Virus record (IMG/VR): IMGVR_UViG_3300024268_000035
Coordinates: 37,522-101,521 of that record
Length of the DNA: 64,000 nucleotides
Strand: one strand, 5' to 3'
DNA from: a virus
Lineage: Duplodnaviria; Caudoviricetes
Shown: one piece after another, positions 28,575 to 37,994 of the stretch
Numbering within the stretch: the first letter of the stretch is position 1
Layout: every line of letters begins with the position of its first letter
Position numbers and translations under genes: made by a program
Notes under the pieces: generated by a model
Databases searched by the model: none
What the model saw: only the letters and a program-made list of their open reading frames with translations
What the model was told of the DNA's origin: nothing

Positions 28575-28796
28575 TCAGTCAATGGCGATCCGCTTGCTTC
28601 CGTTTGTTGCTGCCTTTTCCATCCGGTCTGCAATGGACGTGAGCTGTTCCGAACGGAGTTTGAATAATGCTTTATGCAGGTGTGTTGGGGATCCCTCCGG
28701 CACATCCAGACGTGCGGCTGCTGCGTTTGCTTCTGCTCTGTCGCGGAGTGCATCCACGATCCACGTCAGCTCTGTTTTTGTAAGATGTATCATCAT
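28575..28796 (-). CDS. hypothetical protein
   Basis: GGGAGG RBS after a promoter copy. Confidence 0.65.
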   Translation of the reverse strand: MMIHLTKTELTWIVDALRDRAEANAAAARLDVPEGSPTHLHKALFKLRSEQLTSIADRMEKAATNGSKRIAID

Positions 28797-28855
28797 GTTG
28801 TTGTGTACCTCCCTATTACAACTAACTGCCTGATTTGCGAGAAATTAACCGTGAA

Positions 28856-29053
28856 TTAAAATTCAAGTACAATTTTGTTTGTGACCAGCAGGGCGATCCC
28901 GGTGGGGATCATGAATACAAGACAGGTTCCGTCTTTATCTTCCGGCGTTTCGCCATTGGAACACATCCAAACTATCAGGGCGCAGAGGGCGAGAATGCCC
29001 AGCCCCATGAGCTTCTGAAGAATCAACCGCTTCCAGTATGTTCTATTATCCAT
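28856..29053 (-). CDS. small two-TM membrane protein
   Basis: Two hydrophobic segments. Confidence 0.65.
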   Translation of the reverse strand: MDNRTYWKRLILQKLMGLGILALCALIVWMCSNGETPEDKDGTCLVFMIPTGIALLVTNKIVLEF

Positions 29054-29324
29054 TGTTTACAGACTCCTTCCATTCTTCCGATCCGATTCTTATCCACCAG
29101 AGCGGCGCAATGTAAACGCCTTCTTCACTCTCCAGTATGCCGATCCCAATTTCGCTGCCTTCAAAGTCTTCACCGGACAGCCAGAGCGATCTACCGTTAT
29201 CCAATACAAGATGTATTTCCATACAAACCCATTCAGCCTTCAGGACTTTCCGTGTTACTGTTCCATCAGTGACGAAAACGGCGCGTCCTGCTTCCAGTGC
29301 TTCGGGGATTTCATGCCATTTCAT
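29046..29324 (-). CDS. hypothetical protein
   Basis: GGGAGG RBS; ATG 29324. Confidence 0.6.
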   Translation of the reverse strand: MKWHEIPEALEAGRAVFVTDGTVTRKVLKAEWVCMEIHLVLDNGRSLWLSGEDFEGSEIGIGILESEEGVYIAPLWWIRIGSEEWKESVNNG

Positions 29325-29398
29325 TCTGTCTTCTTCCTCCCTGCTTCCGGTCATCCGCTCCCAGCCTGATTGACTGGGGCGGCGTTCCGTTCTTTTGG

Positions 29399-30178
29399 TC
29401 AAGCGGCTTCAAAGTCTGTTATCAGACCTGCGGCGCGTCCTGCTTCCTTGATCTTCTTCAATCTCTTGCAGATTGCTGGTTCAGAGATACCGACCATCTG
29501 GGCAATCTCCTTGCTGCTGTAACCGTCCCGGCGACCTTCAATGATGATTCTGTCGATCTCGTCGCGGCTGTTGATGAAGTCAGCCAGCATCACACCAGTG
29601 ACGGCGGAGGCTTCCGTGTTATCCTTGCGGCTTGTCGCCATCTCGTCGATATACTGCACATCGTCGCCGTTTTTGTCCTGCACCGTATGAACACGGGCGC
29701 GGATGTGCTTGACCTCTGCACGGTACACCGCACGGATAGAATACAGGCTTGCACGGTACACGAGCTGCACCAGTGAAATATTGAGCTTCCCGGATTCTTC
29801 GCGGCGTTCGTTGATCCTTGCCAGATTTCCCGGTTCCATCATCTGCATGAGCTTCAGCCATGCGTCATTCACAAAACCGTCAAGATCATTGTTGCGGAAA
29901 AACCATGCTACAGACTCGTTATACTCGTTATAGTGATCTTCCGTGCTGTGGGCGATCTCGTCCTTAGCGGCGCGCTTGACGTTTGCGCGGAGGAACTGCA
30001 TTTGCTGTTCGCCGGTCAGGGCGTTCCAGCTTGCAATGATTCTTTCAGGCTGGTTCTTTTCATGCGCCCATGCCATCTTCAGGCATTCGCCGAACGTCTT
30101 TTCGCCGTCTTCCTGATCCCGGAAAAGCTCCCACGCCATACGCATGATAGACTTCAGATCGTACTTTTTCATTTTCAA
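29399..30178 (-). CDS. phage sigma70/ECF-like sigma factor
   Basis: Region-4 HTH (RRDGYSSKEIAQMVGISEPAICKRLKKIKE); region-2-like DLDGFVNDAWLKL. Confidence 0.7.
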   Translation of the reverse strand: MKMKKYDLKSIMRMAWELFRDQEDGEKTFGECLKMAWAHEKNQPERIIASWNALTGEQQMQFLRANVKRAAKDEIAHSTEDHYNEYNESVAWFFRNNDLDGFVNDAWLKLMQMMEPGNLARINERREESGKLNISLVQLVYRASLYSIRAVYRAEVKHIRARVHTVQDKNGDDVQYIDEMATSRKDNTEASAVTGVMLADFINSRDEIDRIIIEGRRDGYSSKEIAQMVGISEPAICKRLKKIKEAGRAAGLITDFEAA

Positions 30179-30222
30179 AACTCCTTTTCATTCATGCGCT
30201 GACGCGCCGTTATAATTGGTTT

Positions 30223-30278
30223 CCTGCGACGGGCTGCGCCCGTTTCGGTTAGTTACCGGCTAACCATCGTCAGGCAGG
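30223..30278 (-). ncRNA. hammerhead ribozyme (type I)
   Basis: CCUGC-CUGACGA-U-GGUUAG(loop)CUAACC-GAAA-CGGGC(GCA)GCCCG-UC^GCAGG: catalytic core and three stems present. Confidence 0.8.
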
Positions 30279-30279
30279 T

Positions 30280-30546
30280 TCATTCAATCGCGCCACGCTT
30301 CTTCAGATCATAGAAGCACCAACGGTTTACGCTGTTTTCGTCCATCGTTTTGAATGCGTCTAACTCTGCGTCAAACTGCGCTTTATACCGGGCGATTTCG
30401 TCCCGCTGTTTCGTGATACTGGTGCCGAAATAGCTATAGCCAGCTTCCAAATCCGCCGCCATGTTACGCGCCATAGTTGCGATCATGCTCTGTTTATCTT
30501 CATACCAAAGATCAAACCAGTCGTTTCTGTCGGTCAGTCGTGCCAT
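30280..30546 (-). CDS. hypothetical protein
   Basis: GAGGG RBS. Confidence 0.7.
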   Translation of the reverse strand: MARLTDRNDWFDLWYEDKQSMIATMARNMAADLEAGYSYFGTSITKQRDEIARYKAQFDAELDAFKTMDENSVNRWCFYDLKKRGAIE

Positions 30547-30629
30547 TGTAAAGCCCTCTCTTTCTGTGTGTCGGTCAGGTTGGCGGCATTGCTGCCGCCG
30601 TTTACCTGACGGATTGATTAGTTAATTCC

Positions 30630-30974
30630 TTAGATGAAGTACATTGCGCCGTTGTATTCAAGGGCTATTGCTTCCTGCCCCATTTCGTGCTTCAGCTCAA
30701 CGCACATAGAAACGATGTCGTCAATGTACTTTTCAGCGTCTGCGGTATCACAGTATGCAAATACCATCGTAGTTCGTTCTGCGATCAAGTCGCCGTTGTT
30801 GGCTACCCAATAGCCTGCTGCCTGTGTAGCAGTGGCACCGCCGAATGCGTTTGACAGAGTACGCGCCACACGCTCAACAAAAGGCGTGTTGTCGATTTCT
30901 TCATTGATGTTTACCGTCGCGGGAACGTAGACGGTGATTTTGCTTTTCAGGGGGATCATGTTTGCCAGTTTCAT
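30630..30974 (-). CDS. hypothetical protein (DUF3574-like)
   Basis: TVYVP...FGGAT..GYWV..E pattern; first gene after the early promoter. Confidence 0.65.
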   Translation of the reverse strand: MKLANMIPLKSKITVYVPATVNINEEIDNTPFVERVARTLSNAFGGATATQAAGYWVANNGDLIAERTTMVFAYCDTADAEKYIDDIVSMCVELKHEMGQEAIALEYNGAMYFI

Positions 30975-31079
30975 TTTCAGTACCTCCGATATTCTTTAGC
31001 TACATCCTTTAGAGCTTTTCAGTACCGCCAGTCAGACGGTGGGTTTGGTTGGGGTTTTGCTTTCCTTTACTGCACCTAT

Positions 31080-31108
31080 ATTATACCACACTCGCCGCCT
31101 AAAGTCAA
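31080..31108 (-). promoter_or_regulatory. sigma-A promoter for the left-arm early operon
   Basis: TTGACT-N17-TATAAT with extended TG; operator at 31116-31131. Confidence 0.85.
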
Positions 31109-31929
31109 TAGAAAACGATAAAATATTATCGCTTTTAGGCTTAAAAAGTCACTAAATTAGCAAGACTTTATTTGTGCATTTTGCTACATCTTGACTATGC
31201 TTGCCAGCCTGACAGAGTGAGCCAAAACAGACCGGAAGACAGCCAGACGGCGACCGCTGCACCAGACCTTCAGCAGATGCAGAGACGGCAGAACGTGCGG
31301 AGGAATCGACCCCAGCGGACAACATGACGCACGGAACGCTGGAGAATATGACAGCCGAAAGGAAGGAAAGCAAGCACCCACGGAGAGCCAGAGCTTCAGA
31401 ACGTCGTGAGAGATGGAACGCGGGAGGAAGCGAGGAAGGAGAGGAAGCTGGAGAGGAGGGGAGAAGGAAGGGGAACGACTGAAGAACAACAACACTTCAG
31501 CCCGTCCCGATCTCCAGCCCGAACGTCTGCCATTATCCGCCGTCCGTCCACCGTCTGCCAGCCTGACAGAGACAGAACAGGACGCACACGACAGAACCGC
31601 TTGAAATCAATTCCGCTTTTCAAGAGTATGCAGAACCCGTTGAGAAACGACCCATTCAGCGTGTCAATAAAGGCAATAGGCAAGTTAATATTTATAGGCA
31701 TTCCCGATCCGCAGAAATGGCGGATAGTACCCCCTTCTCCACGCCTCATCTTCGATTTTCCGCCTCGACACCACCACCTTCATCAACGCATCTTTCTCAA
31801 GATCTTGTACCCCTACGGACAAATACCCGAATACGATCTTATATTGAGAAAACACCGTTTAACAACGTGAAATAATCGAAGTTCTGTTCTCTAAAGGAAA
31901 TAACTAAACAAAAATATTGTATAAATCTA

Positions 31930-31958
31930 TTGACAAACAACGTAGTTTATGGTATAAT
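31930..31958 (+). promoter_or_regulatory. sigma-A promoter for the right arm
   Basis: TTGACA-N17-TATAAT with extended TG. Confidence 0.85.
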
Positions 31959-32053
31959 ATTTAATGTAAGGATCCAGTTGATAATATACGAATATCAACG
32001 GGTTTAAGTGAATGTTAAGCAATTAACTAAAGAATACAATAAGGAGAACCGAA

Positions 32054-32806
32054 ATGGGTAAAGTGTCCGAAGTTGTAACAAATTCAATCTCTTTAACTCC
32101 CGAAAACGCAGTAAAAAAAAGTAGACCTCAGAACTACAAGAAAGATGAAAGCCAGACTGTTTTTCCGATCAAGAAACATGATGAAATCATTGCTATCGCT
32201 AACTGGCTTCTTGAAAACAAAGGAAAGAAGTATGTCCTTGCATTTACTCTTGGTATCAATCTTGGGCTGAGAGCAAATGAACTCCTTGCCATTAAGATTA
32301 AGAGTGTATACAATCCTGATGGATCTGTAAGGTTTATTGATGACGTAGAAGATACTTCTGATGCTATCGAAATTTTACAGAGCAAAACCAGAAAATTCCG
32401 TAAGGTATTTCTTAATCAGGCTTGTAAGGATGCTCTTGAATGGTGCAATCCTGTAAGAGAATCCAATAGTGATGTAACTACTCCTTATCTATTTCCCAGT
32501 AGAGAAGGTGGATCCATTCAGGTTGGTACTTTCCGTAAGGTTCTCAAAGAAGCTGCACAGGCGTGTGGACTGAAGCAAAATGTAGGAACACATACTTGTA
32601 GAAAGACGTGGGGCTGGCATCAATATAAGTATAACTGTGATAATGCTAATATGGATATCACGCTTCTCCAGAGAGCATTCGGACATAGTTCTCCGGAAGT
32701 GACTCTCAGATATCTTGGTATTACAGATGAGGAAGACAAAGCACTGTATCATACCATGAATATTCATGTTGTTTCAGACAATGCTTTTGGAAACAAGGTT
32801 CACTGA
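32054..32806 (+). CDS. tyrosine recombinase
   Basis: GLRANEL, THTCRKT, FGHSS..VTLRY catalytic set. Confidence 0.9.
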   Translation: MGKVSEVVTNSISLTPENAVKKSRPQNYKKDESQTVFPIKKHDEIIAIANWLLENKGKKYVLAFTLGINLGLRANELLAIKIKSVYNPDGSVRFIDDVEDTSDAIEILQSKTRKFRKVFLNQACKDALEWCNPVRESNSDVTTPYLFPSREGGSIQVGTFRKVLKEAAQACGLKQNVGTHTCRKTWGWHQYKYNCDNANMDITLLQRAFGHSSPEVTLRYLGITDEEDKALYHTMNIHVVSDNAFGNKVH

Positions 32807-32987
32807 GAACATGAAATCTGCGGTAGTTTTCCTTGAAGACGAAGGAAAACAATACATTATTTCCCCACCCATCTAAAAGGGAGCCGTTTTCAGAAAGCCA
32901 TTGTTCAACGGTCTTTTCTCACTCTTCCGGAGTGTATTTTGCCTACCAAAATTCAGCAAAAATCTGATTTCAAAAAGGAGAAAAATC

Positions 32988-34196
32988 ATGGATATCAAAA
33001 TCTGTGATGCGATCATGGGAGCTGGTAAGACCAGTGCTGCCATAAACTACATGAATCAGTCGGACGGTAACTTTGTTTTTATCACGCCGTATCTGAATGA
33101 GTGTGATCGTATCATTGATAACTGCGCTATCAAGAGCTTCAAATCTCCTAAGGATAAGCCTCGTAGCAAGCTCTTTAATCTACATTTTCTGTTGGAGAAA
33201 CAGTACAACATTTCCAGTACCCATGCACTTTTCGCAAGCTACAATGATGATACTGTAAGGCTTATCAAAGAGGGACATTACACACTTGTGATGGACGAAG
33301 TGTTTGAGATTGTCAAAGAAATCAATATCACAAAGGGTGATGTGCAGGATTTGATGAACAGCGGCTACATTGAAGTTGATAAGGAGACTTGCCGAGTTCG
33401 CTGGTTGAACGATTCGTATGTTGGCACTACTTTTCAGGATCTTATGCTCAGAGCTAAGGCGGGGACACTGTTATATTATAACGACACATTCCTGTTCTGG
33501 ATGTTCCCTCCGGAAGTTTTTGAAGCCTTTGATGAAGTGATTGTCCTTACATATCTCTTTGAAGCACAGCTCCAAAAGTATTACTTCGATATCAATGGAT
33601 TTCAGTACAGATATATTGGGGTTGAGGTTGATGCGGACGGACAGTATATGTTTTCTGAAAATCGCAATCAATTTACAAAGATATACGGTTTGCGGGATAG
33701 GGTACACATTTTCGACAATGAAAAACTCAACAGCATTGGCGATGAGAAATTTGCTCTTTCCTCCAGTTGGTCGGAACGGCAGTTCAATAATCCTAAGGTC
33801 GCAAGCAAGATGCGGAACAACATCTATAATGTTCTGCGTCATTACTATGGCGGCAAGGGAAAAGATTGTATGTGGACTGCATTTAAGGCACAGAGAGATA
33901 AGATAGCCCCACCGAATTACAGTCGCTGCTTTATTCCTTGCAGTTGTCGTGCAACCAATGAATACCGTGACAGGACATACCTTGCATACTGTGTAAACAT
34001 TTTCTTCAATCCGTTTTTGAAGCGATATTTTGAAGAACATGGATGTACTGTAAATGAAGACCGGTATGCGCTGAGTGAAATGGTACAGTGGGTGTGGAGA
34101 TCTGCCATCAGAGATGGCAAGGAAATCAGTATTTATATTCCCAGTTTACGGATGCGGACGCTTCTGAAGGATTGGCTTGATGAAGTGTCTGAATAA
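32988..34196 (+). CDS. helicase-like P-loop protein
   Basis: DAIMGAGKT, VMDEV, QWVWRSAIR; AAGGAG RBS before ATG 32988. Confidence 0.7.
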   Translation: MDIKICDAIMGAGKTSAAINYMNQSDGNFVFITPYLNECDRIIDNCAIKSFKSPKDKPRSKLFNLHFLLEKQYNISSTHALFASYNDDTVRLIKEGHYTLVMDEVFEIVKEINITKGDVQDLMNSGYIEVDKETCRVRWLNDSYVGTTFQDLMLRAKAGTLLYYNDTFLFWMFPPEVFEAFDEVIVLTYLFEAQLQKYYFDINGFQYRYIGVEVDADGQYMFSENRNQFTKIYGLRDRVHIFDNEKLNSIGDEKFALSSSWSERQFNNPKVASKMRNNIYNVLRHYYGGKGKDCMWTAFKAQRDKIAPPNYSRCFIPCSCRATNEYRDRTYLAYCVNIFFNPFLKRYFEEHGCTVNEDRYALSEMVQWVWRSAIRDGKEISIYIPSLRMRTLLKDWLDEVSE

Positions 34197-34226
34197 ATCA
34201 CGAAAGGAATTAACTAAATAACCGAT

Positions 34227-34538
34227 ATGTGCGAGTTTTGCAGAAAATTCGATTTCGGAAGTGCGAAAGCAGAGACAGACCGTTATGGCGCGAGACTGTG
34301 TGTGTCTGGCGGTTGGGGGCGTTTCCCTGAAAACGAGCAATTCAATTTCTGTCCGGTTTGTGGAGAGGGCTTACGAAAACCTCCTGAGGGTAGAATGTCT
34401 AATGATAAGGCTCGTGAAATCTTATATAGCCATATCAGACAGTGTGGTATGTTGATGCCAAATGATTGGATTCAGAAAAACGGTGAAGGAAGCGATTTTC
34501 ATAAGGCAATGGAAGTGGCGTTGGATGCTCTAAAGTGA
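34227..34538 (+). CDS. Cys-rich hypothetical protein
   Basis: MCEFC...FCPVCG. Confidence 0.65.
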   Translation: MCEFCRKFDFGSAKAETDRYGARLCVSGGWGRFPENEQFNFCPVCGEGLRKPPEGRMSNDKAREILYSHIRQCGMLMPNDWIQKNGEGSDFHKAMEVALDALK

Positions 34539-34539
34539 G

Positions 34540-34782
34540 GTGCGTGTGGTGCTGATAAACAAATTACGGCGTAAACGAAAAATTTTGTGTCATGTAGACA
34601 CTGGCAACAGACAGTTATTCTATACCGATGGTATCAATCCGTGTGGATGTGGCTCGAATCTATTTCGTTATGAATACGACGGTGAAAATATCTACGGCGT
34701 GTGTAATTCATGTGATACGGACATTTATGCGCTGAAAGAAGAATACAAACAAGAATACCTTGAACGTGGCATATGGAAGTGA
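34540..34782 (+). CDS. hypothetical protein
   Basis: Operonic ORF. Confidence 0.55.
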   Translation: MRVVLINKLRRKRKILCHVDTGNRQLFYTDGINPCGCGSNLFRYEYDGENIYGVCNSCDTDIYALKEEYKQEYLERGIWK

Positions 34783-34834
34783 TGAAGTATGTTCGTTCTT
34801 CAATAAAAACATTATCAAATGGAGGAAAATTGGT

Positions 34835-35155
34835 ATGAAAAAGATGATGATCTCTCAGCCGATGGCTGGAAAGACGGAGCAGGAAATCGCGGAAACCAGA
34901 GAGAGGGCGATCCAGTTTGCAGAGGAAAACGGATACGAATTTGTGAATACTCTGTTTACAGACGAATGGTATTCCCGTGAATCTATGGAAAAGCGTGGAG
35001 TTGTTCAGATTCCTCTCTGTTTCCTTGCAAAGTCCCTCGAAAACATGAGTCTTTGCCATATTGCGTATTTCGGTAAGGGCTGGGAAAATGCTCGTGGCTG
35101 CCGTATTGAACATGAAGCGGCTGTCGCATATGGTCTTGAAGTTGTCTATGAGTAA
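34835..35155 (+). CDS. DUF4406-like protein (nucleoside deoxyribosyltransferase-like fold)
   Basis: ISQPMAG...GWENARGCRIEH. Confidence 0.65.
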   Translation: MKKMMISQPMAGKTEQEIAETRERAIQFAEENGYEFVNTLFTDEWYSRESMEKRGVVQIPLCFLAKSLENMSLCHIAYFGKGWENARGCRIEHEAAVAYGLEVVYE

Positions 35156-35165
35156 GGAGGATATT

Positions 35166-35708
35166 ATGGATAACAGAAAACTTCTCATCGTAGTGGATAT
35201 GCAGCGTGATTTTGTAGATGGTGCGCTCGGATCCGCAGAAGCGGCGGCTGTCGTTAAAAAGATCGCGGATAAAGTAAACGATACCGAAAAGGTAGTATTC
35301 ACATTCGACACTCACGAAGATAATTACATGGAAACGCAGGAGGGAAGAAATCTTCCGATTCCTCATTGTATTCGCGGGACTGACGGTCATCGCCTTGTAC
35401 CGGAACTTGAAATTTTCAAGGACAGATGCTATACGGCAGAGAAAAAGACCTTTGGATCTGTACAGCTCGGTTTGTTTGTTGCCGAGATGTTTGAGAAGGA
35501 TTTCATCGATGAAGTTGAGCTTGTAGGTGTCTGCACAGATGTGTGCGTGATCTCCAATGCAATGATAATCAAGGCATTTTGCCCGGAAATTCCGATCAAG
35601 GTTGATGCCTCCTGCTGTGCTGGTGTTACCGTTGAAAACCACATGAATGCTCTGAAAGCTATGCAGGCTTGTCAGATTGAAATTCTGAATATGGAGGAAA
35701 CCGTATGA
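35166..35708 (+). CDS. pncA: nicotinamidase (isochorismatase family)
   Basis: VVDMQRDF, DTH, PHC, KKTFG, GVCTDVCV. Confidence 0.85.
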   Translation: MDNRKLLIVVDMQRDFVDGALGSAEAAAVVKKIADKVNDTEKVVFTFDTHEDNYMETQEGRNLPIPHCIRGTDGHRLVPELEIFKDRCYTAEKKTFGSVQLGLFVAEMFEKDFIDEVELVGVCTDVCVISNAMIIKAFCPEIPIKVDASCCAGVTVENHMNALKAMQACQIEILNMEETV

Positions 35709-36511
35709 TTAAGGTAAATGGTGTGGAAATTTCGCCTGAGAAGTTTCCGGATGGAACGTATAAGCTGAAATTACAGCGTTTTGGAGAAGATCATTTCTGT
35801 GTCACATGGCTGTATGATGGGGAACATGAACTGCCCACCCTGATTTACATTGCGTCCCACTTGAGAAATTACGGATGCAGAGAGATGATTCTGTATATGC
35901 CGTACATTCCCAACGCTCGTATGGATCGTGTTAAGGATAAGAGTGAGGTATTTACTCTGAAATACTTCGCGGATATAATCAACGGTCTGTTTTTCGACAA
36001 GGTATTCGTGCTGGATCCACATTCCAATGTAGCTACGGCACTTATTGACAGGGTATATGTCGTTCAGCCTAAGGAGTATATTAAAAGAGCGATCCGCGAT
36101 ACTATGCAGAATGATCTGATGATGGTATATCCGGACGAAGGGGCGATGAAACGATATTCCGGTATGATTCGTGCGCCGTATCTGTTTGGCATCAAGAAGC
36201 GCGATTGGGAAACCGGCAATATTGAAGTGCTTTCGATTGTCGGCAATAAGCCAGATGATATGAAATCCGCTTTGATTTGCGACGATATCTGCAGCAGGGG
36301 CGGCACATTCTATTATACAGCAAAAGCGTTGCAGACGATGGGTTTTGAAAACATCTATTTGTATGTAACACACTGCGAAAACACGATTTTGTCAGGCGAT
36401 CTCATCGACAGCGGACTTTTGAAGGGAATCTTTACAACAAGTTCTATTTTCCGCAAGGAACATCCTTTGATTACAACATATTCTATGGAGGATTATATTT
36501 ATGGAGACTAA
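35705..36511 (+). CDS. PRPP-synthetase-like protein (candidate ADPR-PP synthetase)
   Basis: FPDG, PYIPNARMDR, DPHS, PDEGA, DDICSRGGTF. Confidence 0.85.
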   Translation: MIKVNGVEISPEKFPDGTYKLKLQRFGEDHFCVTWLYDGEHELPTLIYIASHLRNYGCREMILYMPYIPNARMDRVKDKSEVFTLKYFADIINGLFFDKVFVLDPHSNVATALIDRVYVVQPKEYIKRAIRDTMQNDLMMVYPDEGAMKRYSGMIRAPYLFGIKKRDWETGNIEVLSIVGNKPDDMKSALICDDICSRGGTFYYTAKALQTMGFENIYLYVTHCENTILSGDLIDSGLLKGIFTTSSIFRKEHPLITTYSMEDYIYGD

Positions 36512-37994
36512 TCCGCTTCTGCTTTTGGACTATTACAAAACGACACATCACGAACAATATCCGAAGGGGCTTACGAAATTGGTTTCGTATCTCACACCTC
36601 GCATGACGAGAATTCCCGGTCAGGACAAACTGGTGATGTTCAGTCTGCAAGCATTCTTGAAAACATATCTCGTTGAATATTTCAACAAGAACTTTTTCAA
36701 TAAAAGCTGCGACGAAGTTATACATGAATACTGGCGTGTACTCGACTATACACTCGGCGAGGATACGTATGACCTTAAAAAGATCATTGATTTGCACAAC
36801 CTCGGATATTTACCCCTTGAAATCAAGGCAATTCCGGAAGGAACCCGTGTTCCCGTAAAGGTTCCTATGATTGAAATCAGTAATACACATCCCGATTTTG
36901 CATGGCTCGTGAACACCATCGAATCGCTGATGTCCGCTGAATTGTGGCATCCAATGATTTCTGCCAATGTCGGTTATTGGTATCGTGAGATTGTAAACCG
37001 TGCCTACGACATTTCTGTGGATGACAATGTGCCGCGCAGTCGTGCGCTTGGCGATTTTTCCTTCCGTGGTCAGGAAAGTCTGCAGTCTGCCGTCAAGAGT
37101 AGTGCCGGTTTTTGCCTCTCCTTTTTGAACACCGCAACAGTTCCCACGATTCCTTATCTGGAAGAAATGTATAACTGCGATTGCAGAAAGGATGATGTAG
37201 CATACGGAGCTATTTCTACGGAGCATAGTGTAATGTGCAGTAATTACGCAATCGACGGAGATGAAATTTCATTTATCCGCCGTTTGCTTACTGAGATTTA
37301 TCCCAATAACAGTTTCTCTATGGTTTCTGACAGCTATGATTACTGGCATCTCGTTGACGAAATTCTTCCTCAGCTCAAAGAAGAGATTATGAATCATAAA
37401 GGGTGCCTGCTGATTCGCGGAGACAGCGGCGATCCCGTACAGATCGTAACGGAAACTGTATTCCACCTCTGGGATATTTTTGGCGGCACTATAAACAGCA
37501 AGGGGTTCAAAGTTCTTAATCCTCATGTAAAGGCAATTTATGGTGACTCTATCACGGTGAGCCGTTGTGCTGAAATTTATCGTGTGCTGATTGAAGCTGG
37601 ATTTGCCTGCAATAATGTTTCTCTTGGTGTTGGTAGTTTCTCTATGCAGTGTCTTGAGACAACGAATGAGAGGGATGAAACAGTTCTGAATCCGTACACA
37701 AGAGACACCTTTGGTATTGCGGTGAAAGCTACATATGGCGAAGTGAATGGGGTGGGATTTGAGATTTTCAAGAATCCGAAAACCGATACTGGCAAATTCA
37801 AAAAGAGTCAGAAGGGGATTTGCAGAGTGTATCACAATGCAGAGGGCGAAATCACATATGAAGACGGTCTTACCCCGGACACTGTTTCAGGGGAAAATCT
37901 GTTGATTACAGTATTCAAAAATGGCGATATTACCAGAGAGTATTCGTTGGCTGAAATCAGAGCGCGGCTTCATGATGAAAATGGAGGTTTCTGA
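36501..37994 (+). CDS. nicotinamide phosphoribosyltransferase-like protein (Nampt/NadV; candidate Namat)
   Basis: LDYYKTTH, DFSFRG, STEHSVM, SDSYD, IRGDSGDP, IYGDSI, KKSQKG. Confidence 0.85.
   Translation: METNPLLLLDYYKTTHHEQYPKGLTKLVSYLTPRMTRIPGQDKLVMFSLQAFLKTYLVEYFNKNFFNKSCDEVIHEYWRVLDYTLGEDTYDLKKIIDLHNLGYLPLEIKAIPEGTRVPVKVPMIEISNTHPDFAWLVNTIESLMSAELWHPMISANVGYWYREIVNRAYDISVDDNVPRSRALGDFSFRGQESLQSAVKSSAGFCLSFLNTATVPTIPYLEEMYNCDCRKDDVAYGAISTEHSVMCSNYAIDGDEISFIRRLLTEIYPNNSFSMVSDSYDYWHLVDEILPQLKEEIMNHKGCLLIRGDSGDPVQIVTETVFHLWDIFGGTINSKGFKVLNPHVKAIYGDSITVSRCAEIYRVLIEAGFACNNVSLGVGSFSMQCLETTNERDETVLNPYTRDTFGIAVKATYGEVNGVGFEIFKNPKTDTGKFKKSQKGICRVYHNAEGEITYEDGLTPDTVSGENLLITVFKNGDITREYSLAEIRARLHDENGGF

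Larger units (their letters stand above)
17388..28850 (-). repeat. 10 dispersed copies of the bipartite motif GGTTAATT-N16-GTTAGTTRTAATAG (putative phage-sigma promoter)
   Basis: Copies at 17388-17425, 18918-18955, 20623-20660, 21541-21578, 22230-22267, 23872-23909, 24883-24920, 25876-25913, 27879-27916, 28813-28850; same orientation; spacer always 16 nt. Confidence 0.85.

Noticed and set aside
17388-28850. Repeats as a CRISPR array or att sites
   Set aside because: Copies are ~0.7-2 kb apart, bipartite with a variable core and sit before RBSs; no cas genes seen.
31184-31870. ORFs in the hinge region
   Set aside because: Low-complexity translations of skewed sequence, no clear RBS, overlapping on both strands.
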